A stretch of DNA of 58,854 nt, the filler included, from Stramenopiles sp. TOSAG23-3 (Eukaryota), in NCBI GenBank assembly GCA_900128585.1. It is 6 parts of 6 records of this genome, joined end to end, with 100 filler letters (N's around TTAATTAATTAA, not from the genome) between each part and the next. Parts side by side here need not be neighbours in the genome. Positions count along the whole stretch, not along the records: positions 35,384 to 52,892 come from LT642448.1; positions 52,993 to 54,880 come from LT645281.1; 4 more parts are not named here. The stretch is one strand, 5' to 3'. Position numbers and translations under genes: made by a program. The notes below the pieces were generated by a model. That model was not told the DNA's origin, made no database searches, and saw only the letters and a list, made by a program, of their open reading frames with translations. Shown here one piece after another: positions 44,001-53,475 of the stretch (within the stretch, counting starts at the first letter, position 1; each line of letters opens with the position of its first letter).

Positions 44001-45823
44001 GAAATGATATGCAGCAACAAGTAAGAAAGCGGTATGGGGTCCTGGAGGGTTTGCCTTTCACTTAGCGACATAACTTTTGGACAAAGGAAGCCTTCCTTTA
44101 GGGAACTCTTCCAGTTTATTCTAGATTCACTTTTTTCTTCAGACATCACGCTACAGAGTGAATGGCTCATAGCAACCTTTTCTATTTGTTTCCATCGATC
44201 TTGCGAGTACTTGTGGGTGCGTTTGATGTCGTAGTAGCGCTTGAAGACTTTTTGCAAATTTTCACCATCAAACTGGTAATCCTTGAGAAAACTGTAGGCC
44301 GGAGAAGGCACGTACAAGTCATTAAAAAGTTGATCGTTTATTTTCTTTGCTTGCACTTGTAGGGATACGGACAAAACTTTTTGAAGTACCTGGGGTTCAT
44401 CGTCGCAGTAAGCTCCCGAATAGTTTCTCAGGGTTTGAGGGAGTTCGTTTTTGCACAGATTTTTGTACGCTTCTTGCCGAACAACCCTGCACTCTTTTGT
44501 CGATTCCGGAAACAGCACAACGAACATTTCAAACTCTGTTCCGGCGTATTCAAAAAACAGAACATCGGGCTTCCACCACCACATGAGCACCATCTCTTTG
44601 CGATCTGCCGCCGCCGCCCATATTTGGGACATGTGGGGCAACTTGTAGCCCCCACGTCCCCCAGGGCCGTGAAACGCCAAGCTAACATTGTTTAGAGGTA
44701 TCATAAATTTAGAAAAGTCTCCCCAGTCGCAGGCTTCTAAAATGATCGCAGAACCCTTGCAAGTACTAGGGTACAGAGTGCAGTTGTTCTTTCCGTTTCC
44801 GTCAAAGTACCCGTGGTATGCAACACTATTATTCCCCAGGCGGTGATAGTAGACACCTTCTAAATCGCTGCTCGGCGGCGGACACTTGGATGTTTTTCTT
44901 GTTTCGTTGGGATGAAAACGATCGCAATATTCTTTCCAGCTGACTGGCCTCTTGAATAATCGGGCCATTTTTTCCCGGTCACGGAACCCTCGGTACGTAG
45001 CAAGTGCATTGTCTTTATCTACAGCCCACTTCGGAAGCATCAGCGCTATTCGTCCGATTATCCCCAACAACCCCCCCCTTTCTATCGTGCGTGCCGTTGC
45101 CATTCTTTCGACCGTAGCAGCAATCGATGCCCATATCTCGAATTGCACGTGCGCGCATTTGGACGTTGGATTGGTACACTTGCAGGTAAGATTGTTTTCG
45201 TTTGTTCCAATGCACCCCCCGTTCTTTATTGCCTCCAATTCGTACGTTGAAACCCCGGATCTGTCATAAATCGGTTTCTTTATATGCTTTTCATAGAATC
45301 CTTTCGACGTCTGCCCGGAGTTTCCTCCGTATCTAAAGAACACAGGGTATTTCATGTACTCTACCATGAAAACCTGCGCTGCAGTCGCTACGAGGTCTGC
45401 ACTGAGCCAGTTTTGCGGAGCGATATAAATTTCTCTGCCCCGAAACAGCTCCCCCGTTGGGCTGTTATCACAACGTCCTGATGTCCTATCGTCATCGTCA
45501 AGGCAAATACGCCGTGGGTTAGCCCCATCACGCAAGCATTGCTTTAGAGGGAACGCGTCATGGTCGAGCTTACTTATAGCCCCACGAAAGCAGCCGTCCC
45601 GGTATGGGTTTAAACACTCGCCAACGGACACGTCACATTTCGGCGGCAGGGGCACAGCGTTCCCACAATTCGTGCAGTTCAACTTTATGGCGCAATCGCT
45701 GTCCTTTTCACAAGGGCAATGGACTTTCTTCGTCGATGGTAAGCAGGCAAGAGAACAATGTACAAATACACTCACCAACACCAGGGGCAAGAAAACTCGG
45801 CCGGCAGAGACCATACCAAACAT
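41078..45823 (-). CDS. Receptor: signal peptide, Cys-rich/periplasmic-binding-protein-like ectodomain, class C GPCR-like 7TM, TKL kinase and pseudokinase
   Basis: 7TM motifs FQDSDSIGMAVYN and YFNPRF. Kinase 1 has GKGAYG, VAVK, HCDMKSEN, DFG and PPE. Kinase 2 has HGRLSASE, no DFG, WLPPE and DVFSMG. Confidence 0.88.
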   Translation of the reverse strand: MFGMVSAGRVFLPLVLVSVFVHCSLACLPSTKKVHCPCEKDSDCAIKLNCTNCGNAVPLPPKCDVSVGECLNPYRDGCFRGAISKLDHDAFPLKQCLRDGANPRRICLDDDDRTSGRCDNSPTGELFRGREIYIAPQNWLSADLVATAAQVFMVEYMKYPVFFRYGGNSGQTSKGFYEKHIKKPIYDRSGVSTYELEAIKNGGCIGTNENNLTCKCTNPTSKCAHVQFEIWASIAATVERMATARTIERGGLLGIIGRIALMLPKWAVDKDNALATYRGFRDREKMARLFKRPVSWKEYCDRFHPNETRKTSKCPPPSSDLEGVYYHRLGNNSVAYHGYFDGNGKNNCTLYPSTCKGSAIILEACDWGDFSKFMIPLNNVSLAFHGPGGRGGYKLPHMSQIWAAAADRKEMVLMWWWKPDVLFFEYAGTEFEMFVVLFPESTKECRVVRQEAYKNLCKNELPQTLRNYSGAYCDDEPQVLQKVLSVSLQVQAKKINDQLFNDLYVPSPAYSFLKDYQFDGENLQKVFKRYYDIKRTHKYSQDRWKQIEKVAMSHSLCSVMSEEKSESRINWKSSLKEGFLCPKVMSLSERQTLQDPIPLSYLLLHIISIVNAVYCLLSIVWRAVVPKLKGLRLSSNEKHRRNYEYVLLVGISLVYIDVALSTREPVSTEKIMEENDGDFYCTAGFLSRYFSIVLTVVPLVCRLRSMTKIFASKKIRSYLPEESKKMIVVTLVIFLLEVVYLLLWILTDQAQNAPTLLYSNPYVAPGEAPVFYAQSVCPINMALSSSMWHIFIVLVEFCMTVFAVLLSVQNSYVETIFQDSDSIGMAVYNGAISQLIPLILYMNIANINQDGTINLLVSAACRWWTASALWAFYFNPRFTNIVTKTLRACANTNYYKSIKRIVSAKSDAWTIDAKEVEIQKTIGKGAYGTVLLGTYGNTKVAVKKFAKAALSNADFVAELVSLVDLRHKHLVQFVGAILNTHSLVIDYMERGTLNRILQDYSINLSAESLHAFASNIALGLEYLHSKGMTHCDMKSENILVDEHWVCKISDFGLSEFVKDDMAPTHSESLRAITSDRDDGESEENVPASSGPKGTLLYQPPEVTLGGEYTQSGDIFAFSLILYEIVTRKELFFDATSNAYQRVLQVANHNLRPTWVFDGPGLNEAEAEGIQKVAETCWDNNPEKRHSAAEACTKLLRGEDDTDGIETSGVKLANWTKNPNAKVDRSLDPGAQTARLPSGFDPSQHKWYVQEGNFKINDPPGDKCSLHDSYLRGKLDVDVSSPARVYAFLLKFRRGKKLKNIKKNEQNMIQQINDLSSCNHRALLKFIGCTWNPAEPNPTRFLLFEQVDERSFRNLKTVIIEEGPAIGWIAKLRVALDLLDALRYLHDKNIFHGRLSASEVFCLFQEDAPVLTKLVGIHRNIVKSNKAPETLSDEANSAGWLPPEILMLEQYTEAGDVFSMGVLLWAMLSHKMPFEGEPVNVVNRAIVNESARPDITMKNMESIKNFHFYNEEMKVGYVDIVNMCWSQKMDERPRASVVYKILKTWHKHVVTLKRLSGATSNLSWKSRPNVKKPPGDLRQSMV

Positions 45824-46919
45824 TCACCTGCCGAAAATCTAAGCTCTACGAGGCTGTATTTGTGTACAAACAATGCTCTTGCAAGAATCTCTTTCGTCCT
45901 AAAATATCGGGGTGCGAATGATTAGTATCAATCGCATTTGGACAGAATTTCGAGAAATCTGTAATTATGGAACATTTCCAGTATAGGAATCTTTCGAAGC
46001 GAACAATCGATCAATCGTTCTGCATTGCAGAATCGTCAACAAATGTCTAAGCCACAAACGAAAAAGAACAAAAAAAAAAAAAAAAGAAGAAGAAGAAGAG
46101 AAGGAAGGGAGAAGAAGAAAAGAAGGCAGTTGTTGTGATGATGTGTGGATGATATTAATACAACTTCTCTGCTTGCTCTCTTTTCTATCGCTCTTCTTCT
46201 TCTGCGCACAATTTTATCCAGCAACGCTATGACACTGGTCTACGATCATATTAATACTTCTAATAGTCGTCTAAAATATTAATAATAAAATTTAAATAAT
46301 AATTTAAACTGTAATAAAATAAATAGTTCTAATAAAGCAGATTTTAAATTTTATTTGTCTCTTCACCACTTCTTGCTTTCATATTATCCTCGTAGACTAT
46401 TAAAATATATTAGGAAGGATAAGCCTAATAATATAATGGGAAGGAGAAGTAAATAAAGATATTAATAGTCGTCTAGAATATAACGATAGCAGGGCTTTCT
46501 TCCTTCCTCCGTCGTACCTTCTGTTTTTTTAATTTTTATTTTTTAAAAAGCCTCTTCTTAGGGTACGTACTCTACGAATCCTCGTAGTTATAGTAATTAA
46601 AATATATTTAATAACCGAATAACAACAAGATCAAATATCAATACACTAATACATACAGTAAAATAATAATGAAATAATTATTATTATTTATTATTATAAT
46701 TTTTTCTTCCTTCTTTTTTTTTTTCTTTTTTCTTTCTCTTTCCAGAATTGTTTGATGATTTGACGAGATTTTCTGTCCCATTTCATACGTAGTATTTTCG
46801 ATTTTATTGGAAATTAAATACTGAAGAATGCAAACAACGACAAGACTCAAAAGAACTGTATAAAAGTGTGACGGCGATCCTAACCTTGAAACGGATAGAG
46901 GTCAAAATATTAAGTCGCG

Positions 46920-49900
46920 ATGGAAGAAGTGTCGTTCGACTTGGTGAGTTTGCTGGTAGACGTTGACTTGTTTGTTCCAGGAACCGCATACGAAGACGCT
47001 ATTGGGATACAAACTTTAGTTGGTCTGTATTCGTATTCCAAGCAAACTTTAGAGCCTATAAACGAGTATGTGGCCATCAGCAACACCCCGCCGAGTGCAT
47101 TTGGTACCGCGGTGAAGGCTACCGTCCACTTTAAAGGGGTAAACCATGATAGACTGCCAACTGCACTAACAGGAAACAAGTGGGGAGAAACGGACTTGAG
47201 CATAGTTATTCGAATCCTTTACGTAGACGAAGACGGATGTGACGTCCTTGCTCTCGGAGCCATGCCTCTCGTTACGCACATAATTGTGAGTGGAAAGCCC
47301 GTCCACCTTCCTGTCAGTTTGTATTCATCCCCCGAGGGCTACCATTTGAGCGATTGGGTAGTGCACAAATTGTGTGAAGGCAAGGCTGATCAAATGGTTC
47401 GGGACGGTGTAGTGGAGCTGGTAGACGACCAGAACGCCGCCAACCTCCGTGTAGTTAGGGGTCGCAAAACTCACTTTTTAGGCCCATCAAAACCTCAAAT
47501 ATCGTTTACGTCTCATTCTTTAGAAAGTATGGAGGATCGTGAGGGAAGAGATGAGATTATCATTTTCCTTGAAATGTCAAAAATTCCGAAAAACATGGTG
47601 GACAGCGAGGAAGACGCAAAATGTTTAGATGTCCATTTGTCTCTGCTCGTAGAGGGCGACGAAGGGGAAGAGTTTGAAGTCAACGAAGGCTGCATGCGAT
47701 ATGCTTGTGGGAACCCATTTGCCCGGCAGCAGCTTTTGCGGGCAATTTGGCTGCCGCCGCCGCACCCACCCACAAAGAATCAAGAGGGATCCCCGTTTTG
47801 GTCCGACTCATTTTGTATCAATGCCGAGACAGTCCGGAAGTACGCCTATGGAGGTAGAAGTGTGTCTCTCCTCGTAAGCGTGCATCAAAGGGGGGCAAGA
47901 CACGAAGACTACCCTGTGGGATCGCAGAAAATTTTGCTGGCACACGATGGGATATTTGAAGACAATATAGTTTACTACAACACAGAGCGGTACTATCATT
48001 TGAACCGCGCAGAGGCGATTGAAGAGGTGAGTTCATTTGTCGATATCTTTCTTCACGATATGGGGATGGAAGATGGGGACCCGTCGTTTGATCATGAAAC
48101 GTGCCACACCGAGATCAAATGTAGAGGGCGCCTAATTTCGTCCAAATACTCAATCGATAAAGAGTTAAATTCGCGGTTTGATTTATCCAAAATGGAGATG
48201 AGGGACGACGGAAAAATCGTGTCCACCGCCAGATTCACAAAGCCCTTGCGCACCCCTAGTTTTACAAGCACGAATTTTGAAGAGGTAGGCAATTTTGCCC
48301 TTGAAATCATGTCTGGTGCCATGAAACAAACGTTCGCCTTCAAGAAGACTATTTTGACTGACGACGATGCAGCCTTGCTGTCCGTTCCCGAGTCATTTAA
48401 TGTTTTGCTGCTTTTGTGCGCGGCTTCCAAGTATGGAAACATAAAGGATGCCTCGAAGAAAATTTTTCAGGCGATAGAGGTCACAAAGAGTGGGTTCAAA
48501 TCGATAAGTTCGTATTTGAACAAACGAGGGGTTGTTCGTGCCGATGTAGACCATGCCAGCGAGGCACCAGTACTGCTAAAATACCTTCAGAGAACTTGCG
48601 ATGATCTCTGCAAAAGCCGCTTTTGGAATATTATTTTGAAAATACAGGGAGACAGCGCCAGCACGTCCCATGTCCCACCAAACACGCTCAAGAGATTCAA
48701 GGGTTTAGAGTGTAGATATCCCATTGACGCGAAGGGTGACGAGGGAGATTTGGTGATGACAGAAAACCACCGGTGGCCAAGCAACTTGGTGGACAGTCAC
48801 GGATACCCAGAGGCAATCCGAATGGGCTGGCCCTGCCTCCTTGAACTTGTAGTGGCAGCTCTCTCTGGGGACACCACTGGGATTGATCTAATGACAAGTG
48901 ATAATTTTATTTCTCAAGTCAGCGAAACGTTTGAATCCCTGGGACGTGTCTTGGCTCCGTATGCTTTGCACGAAACGCACTGCAAAGAAATTCTCAAATC
49001 GTACATGGACGGTAGCTGCATTTTGCTGGAAATATTTCTGTCTTTATCGATGCTACCGGACGATTCCAACGATTCAGACAGGAAAGCAATTGAAGAGGCA
49101 GCAATGCACGTCGATACACCTATTTATGCGGCTCTTCTCTCATTTTTTAAGGGGATCATGAAATCAATAAAACCGGGTGACTTGAGCGTTCTAGGCGGCG
49201 TTCGATACTGGCTGGACGACCCGTTTGTAAATCATGTGGTTCCTCGGTGCAGACAGTCCTTCGTCAACATTATTTTTGATTTTTTAAAATCGCACCCCTT
49301 GGATGCCGATAAATGTAAGTCAGCAAAAGACCTTGCCGACTGCTACTTTCTTCACAAAACGGTATTAAAGAGTATTACAGAAACAAAATGGAGAGATTTG
49401 TTTCAGGACGACCGCTCACTGTTTTTTTCAATAGTTGAATTCATCTGCAGTTCCATGCGCTCGACACCAAACGCGTTCCTTACGAAGAGTATATACCGAG
49501 AAACGGTTCGGCACATATTGTATGTTTTTGTTGACAGCAATGCATTCGAACACATTGAGATGTATTGCGAGTTAGGCATGCGATACGTTTCGATTGCGAG
49601 AAGTTCTTATGGTCCTATGCAAGTGGAAGATATAGTCTGCATTAAAGCCTTTTACCATTCCGTCCTGGGATTTTCGAGAATGCCAATTGCAGCAGCAACA
49701 CTAGACTCTCCGTCGAAGCCTGGTCACATTCGTATAGCGACACCGGGCGAGGAAGATTGCCAATGGTTTTTGAAAATGGCAGTCCTTTGTGGAGATATAG
49801 ACCGGGCAGGGCGAGAATCAGCATTCTCATGTTTACAGGCACGCCTTCAAGCGTGGATTAATTATTTTGAGTCGTTTCACCGGAACGAGCTAAAAGATGC

Positions 49901-51353
49901 ATTTTTGGAACACTTTGAAGCGTCATTTTCGTCTTTGCCTGAAAAATTCTCTAGCGCTTTTGTAAATTTATTTAGGTCATCTCAGTACACAACCTGGTTT
50001 AAAGCATGGTCGGTGCACAAAAATCTTGAAAATTTGAGGGATAGTCTTCCCGAGAATTTTGCAGAGAAAATTCCTTTTCAGGCCTGCTTGCTAATCTGCG
50101 AATATTTTGGTTTATTATGGGTGCGAAACATAGATCTTCAAGTGCCGCTACAAAAGCGCCAATTATTGAAATCACTATTTAAGCACAGTGCGCGCAGATG
50201 GAAGGTTATTTCAGAACCATTGGATGTCGCCGAAAAATGGTGCAAAGCATTCCCTTTCTGGGAAGAAGAAAAGGTCAAACGCAGTAGCGCAAGTTCTAAG
50301 AAGGGTCAAAATAAGGCCCCAGAAAAGCGCAAAAAATATTCTCCAGAGCGTGAGGCATTGGGGGGTAGCATGAAGGAAGTCAGACAGGGCAAAGAATCTG
50401 AAGGGGAGGAGGAAGAGGGCGACGAAATTACCCCTCTAGTATCCTCCATGAGATCTTCCTTTGCATCTCAGAGTTCTCGGCATTCCTCGCGGTCCAGCAC
50501 AATAAACCCGTTGGGAGCTGCCATAGCTGCAGAGGAGAAGACAGCAAGGCAAAGTACGGTCAACCCGTTGGCAGCCGCCCTCGGGGCACAGAAAAAGCCA
50601 TCAAGGCAAAGCACGGTCAACCCTTTGGCCGCTGCGATGAACGCAAGCAGGAAGCCGGCACGGGAAAGCACGGTCAACCCTTTGGCCGCTGCGATGAACG
50701 CAAGCAGGAAGCCGGCACGGGAAAGCACGCTAAACCCTTTGGCCGCTGCGATGAACGCAAGCAGGCAGCCAGCACGACAAAGCACGCTAAACCCTTTAGC
50801 AGCCGCGTTGGGTAAGAAAAGAAGCACGCGGTCTTCCAGTAAGGCCGGAAGAAAGAGCATAATGAGGGCGTTGAGCAATTCTTCCCCAAAATCTTTAGCA
50901 AAAAAACGGAATAGCAGCCTTGTATATCAGCCTCCTCCTCAACCCAGAAAGAACGTTATAAAAAGCCCTGTGAAAAAAGGACTGTCACCGGCAATGAAGT
51001 ATGCTCGAAAAATGAGCGTATTTTTAGGCCCGGAAGATGCAGAGGAGCTTTTTACCGCAGTAGTAGAAGCAAAACACTGCCGAATTGAGTGCAATATTAT
51101 GGACTCGTCTGGCCAGGTCGACGTAGTCGCAGACATCACCCCTGAAATATTGAAGATAGTTTCTGTATCAGACGATGGAACAGATGGAAAAGTACACCGC
51201 GAAGTACCTATGGCGACTGTGACAGACGTGCAGGAATCTCCAGCTCCTTACGTGCTCATGGTTTTTACGAGCACGGGAGAAACCATTTATTTAACTTGTA
51301 AACAGCGAGGTAAGTTGGTAGGTGCAATAAAAGGATTGAAAGGAGGCCGCTAA
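46920..51353 (+). CDS. Large protein with DOCK-like C2 and helical region, 19-aa repeats and a C-terminal PH-like domain
   Basis: 1477-aa ORF. PFWSDSFCI...LLVSVHQ...PVGSQKILL resembles DOCK DHR-1/C2. The ORF is solid; domain calls are tentative. Confidence 0.55.
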   Translation: MEEVSFDLVSLLVDVDLFVPGTAYEDAIGIQTLVGLYSYSKQTLEPINEYVAISNTPPSAFGTAVKATVHFKGVNHDRLPTALTGNKWGETDLSIVIRILYVDEDGCDVLALGAMPLVTHIIVSGKPVHLPVSLYSSPEGYHLSDWVVHKLCEGKADQMVRDGVVELVDDQNAANLRVVRGRKTHFLGPSKPQISFTSHSLESMEDREGRDEIIIFLEMSKIPKNMVDSEEDAKCLDVHLSLLVEGDEGEEFEVNEGCMRYACGNPFARQQLLRAIWLPPPHPPTKNQEGSPFWSDSFCINAETVRKYAYGGRSVSLLVSVHQRGARHEDYPVGSQKILLAHDGIFEDNIVYYNTERYYHLNRAEAIEEVSSFVDIFLHDMGMEDGDPSFDHETCHTEIKCRGRLISSKYSIDKELNSRFDLSKMEMRDDGKIVSTARFTKPLRTPSFTSTNFEEVGNFALEIMSGAMKQTFAFKKTILTDDDAALLSVPESFNVLLLLCAASKYGNIKDASKKIFQAIEVTKSGFKSISSYLNKRGVVRADVDHASEAPVLLKYLQRTCDDLCKSRFWNIILKIQGDSASTSHVPPNTLKRFKGLECRYPIDAKGDEGDLVMTENHRWPSNLVDSHGYPEAIRMGWPCLLELVVAALSGDTTGIDLMTSDNFISQVSETFESLGRVLAPYALHETHCKEILKSYMDGSCILLEIFLSLSMLPDDSNDSDRKAIEEAAMHVDTPIYAALLSFFKGIMKSIKPGDLSVLGGVRYWLDDPFVNHVVPRCRQSFVNIIFDFLKSHPLDADKCKSAKDLADCYFLHKTVLKSITETKWRDLFQDDRSLFFSIVEFICSSMRSTPNAFLTKSIYRETVRHILYVFVDSNAFEHIEMYCELGMRYVSIARSSYGPMQVEDIVCIKAFYHSVLGFSRMPIAAATLDSPSKPGHIRIATPGEEDCQWFLKMAVLCGDIDRAGRESAFSCLQARLQAWINYFESFHRNELKDAFLEHFEASFSSLPEKFSSAFVNLFRSSQYTTWFKAWSVHKNLENLRDSLPENFAEKIPFQACLLICEYFGLLWVRNIDLQVPLQKRQLLKSLFKHSARRWKVISEPLDVAEKWCKAFPFWEEEKVKRSSASSKKGQNKAPEKRKKYSPEREALGGSMKEVRQGKESEGEEEEGDEITPLVSSMRSSFASQSSRHSSRSSTINPLGAAIAAEEKTARQSTVNPLAAALGAQKKPSRQSTVNPLAAAMNASRKPARESTVNPLAAAMNASRKPARESTLNPLAAAMNASRQPARQSTLNPLAAALGKKRSTRSSSKAGRKSIMRALSNSSPKSLAKKRNSSLVYQPPPQPRKNVIKSPVKKGLSPAMKYARKMSVFLGPEDAEELFTAVVEAKHCRIECNIMDSSGQVDVVADITPEILKIVSVSDDGTDGKVHREVPMATVTDVQESPAPYVLMVFTSTGETIYLTCKQRGKLVGAIKGLKGGR
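50490..50813 (+). repeat. Six 57-bp coding tandem repeats (R[QES]ST[VLI]NPLAAA...)
   Basis: Seen in both the DNA and the translation. Confidence 0.93.
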
Positions 51354-51757
51354 ACATGGGAACGTAGCGGACACATAGAACAGATTTATATAGGACTGTC
51401 CTTAAGTCATTCTGTCATAATATTTATTTTTAATTGACGTTCCAAGAAAAAAATAACCTGCTATTTACCTGTATTTTCAATTAATCATCATCGAGAAAAA
51501 TCGATCACTTATTACGTACCTGTTATTAATATAATTATTATACCTGTACCGGTACCGACACCACTGTCAAGTAGAGGATTCCCCTTTTCCTCCTTCTCTT
51601 TCTTCTTCTTCTTCTTCTTTCTTCTTCTTTTTTCTTCTTCTTTTTTTTTCTTCTTTTTTTTTCTTCTTTCTTCTTTTTTCTTCTTCTTCTTTTTTCTTCT
51701 TCTTTTTTTTTTCTTCTTCATTTTATTCTTAAACTTTTATGAAAACAAGTTCATGAT

Positions 51758-52597
51758 TCATGTGTACACATACCGGGCGAGTTGGGACTGTGTCTGCTTC
51801 GATCCCTTATTGTGTTCGGTGTGTTTGCTGTCGTGCCACGAAGGGAAAGAGTGATAAGGCCAATTGGACCACGCCATCTTGCACTCTTTTCGATTGCATA
51901 TATACACACTACAGCCTGGAATGATGTGATCCCCGCCGAGGAAAACCTTTCCGTCTTTCATTAAACGTACTAATTCTGCGGTTGGGAAACCATAAACTAC
52001 CGGAACAATACTATGTGAGCCATAATTACAATGGGGGCAAACAAAATAACGAATTTTCATAATGCACTCTTTCAGCAAGCTCTTCCATGACGAATAGCTA
52101 GCTGGAAGGGCAAAAGCCGCCGGCATGCTAGCAAAAAACGCGCGGCACATCGTTTCCCATATCGAATCGAATTTCAACACTTTGCATGTTACCTTGTCGC
52201 ACTGAATAAAGCTAAAAAAATCCTCCAAGGGGAGGTACGTTGCAATGTTGGCGATCAAATTTAATTCTAACCAGCTCATATAATTACCTTTATTTTCCAC
52301 ACCGTTCGTCTGCTTGAGCATCGGGTTTGCAACGCTAACTACTTTTCTCTGGCTCTTCCCGTACAGCTCTGACATTCTGAATGGAATTTTTCCTGGTCTA
52401 GTTTGCAAAAACAGACTCCGAAAAAACATATTGCGCGCATAAGTGACGTTATTGTGGTGTTTTTTCAAAAGCTCTTTCAAAATCTGTAAATATATCCCAG
52501 ATACGGGCCCCGTCAAGTCTAACAGCTCCCGCAACGCTTCCCCATCGCTCGGATTACTCGTCCTGGCAGTGACACAACGTTTTTCCACGTGAAGCAT
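51758..52597 (-). CDS. F-box protein with UBA-like N-terminal helices and C-terminal Zn ribbon
   Basis: LELNLIANIATYLPLEDFFSFIQCDK...DSIWETMC is F-box-like; CPHC...VVYGFP...LGGD...C..C is the Zn ribbon. First in-frame ATG at 52597. Confidence 0.75.
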   Translation of the reverse strand: MLHVEKRCVTARTSNPSDGEALRELLDLTGPVSGIYLQILKELLKKHHNNVTYARNMFFRSLFLQTRPGKIPFRMSELYGKSQRKVVSVANPMLKQTNGVENKGNYMSWLELNLIANIATYLPLEDFFSFIQCDKVTCKVLKFDSIWETMCRAFFASMPAAFALPASYSSWKSLLKECIMKIRYFVCPHCNYGSHSIVPVVYGFPTAELVRLMKDGKVFLGGDHIIPGCSVYICNRKECKMAWSNWPYHSFPSWHDSKHTEHNKGSKQTQSQLARYVYT

Positions 52598-52892
52598 TTC
52601 CACTACTTTGCGGTGGTCTGTTCAAAATTTGTTGTCTACATCTCCCATGTGGTAACGAAAAATCTAACTTTTTTTAACATTGTGTTCAATTACAAGAAAA
52701 AATACGACACATACAACACAACAATTGATCCGCTGAAATTTATGAGGAGGAGAGCCTCGCATGCATAGATTATAATGTCAATAGTATTATTATACCAAGG
52801 TACCGAACCTGGTAGAAGAAGAAGAAGAAGAAGAAAGAAGAAGAAAGAAGAAGAAGAAGAAGAAGAAGAAAGAAGAAGAAGAAGAAGAAGAA

Positions 52893-52992
52893 NNNNNNNN
52901 NNNNNNNNNNNNNNNNNNNNNNNNNNNNNNNNNNNNTTAATTAATTAANNNNNNNNNNNNNNNNNNNNNNNNNNNNNNNNNNNNNNNNNNNN
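52893..52992. other. Artificial contig linker/gap
   Basis: N-run with central TTAATTAATTAA. Confidence 0.97.
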
Positions 52993-53475
52993 CGAGGGAC
53001 TGCGGCTTTCGTACTCGCCGTTCTCGCAATTCGTCCACTCTACACATTCGCCGTCGTGAGCGTAATAATTGACATCGCAAACCCAGTTGCACCCCGAGCC
53101 ACTGGAAAAATTCGAATGATCTGGCTTTGGGCACTGTACGCAGCACGTATCAGCATCTCTTGAGTCGCATTTACGTCTGTTTTGACCGCCACACCACTTG
53201 CTGGTATCGATGCGCGTATTGCTGCCGCAACCAGCGTCGGAGTTGCAGTAAACCACATACACACCATTACAGTTGGTTTCACATTGGTTTCGTTTTTCTG
53301 ACTCGCAGCCATTACAATAGTCATCTCCTTGACTTGTATGAGCTGAATTGCACCAACCTGCTGGTTGCCAAGGTGGACACGCCTTATTCGAACATTTACA
53401 GTCATAGGCTGTTCCTGGAACTGCCACTAAAACCCAGGCAACAGAAAACAAGAAAATCGAAATGATACGAAACAT
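52993..53475 (-). CDS. Secreted/cell-surface cysteine-rich protein, 3' truncated by the gap
   Basis: Signal peptide MFRIISIFLFSVAWVLVAVPGTA and dense Cys; CVEWTNCENGEYES begins a TNFR/furin-like repeat. Confidence 0.8.
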
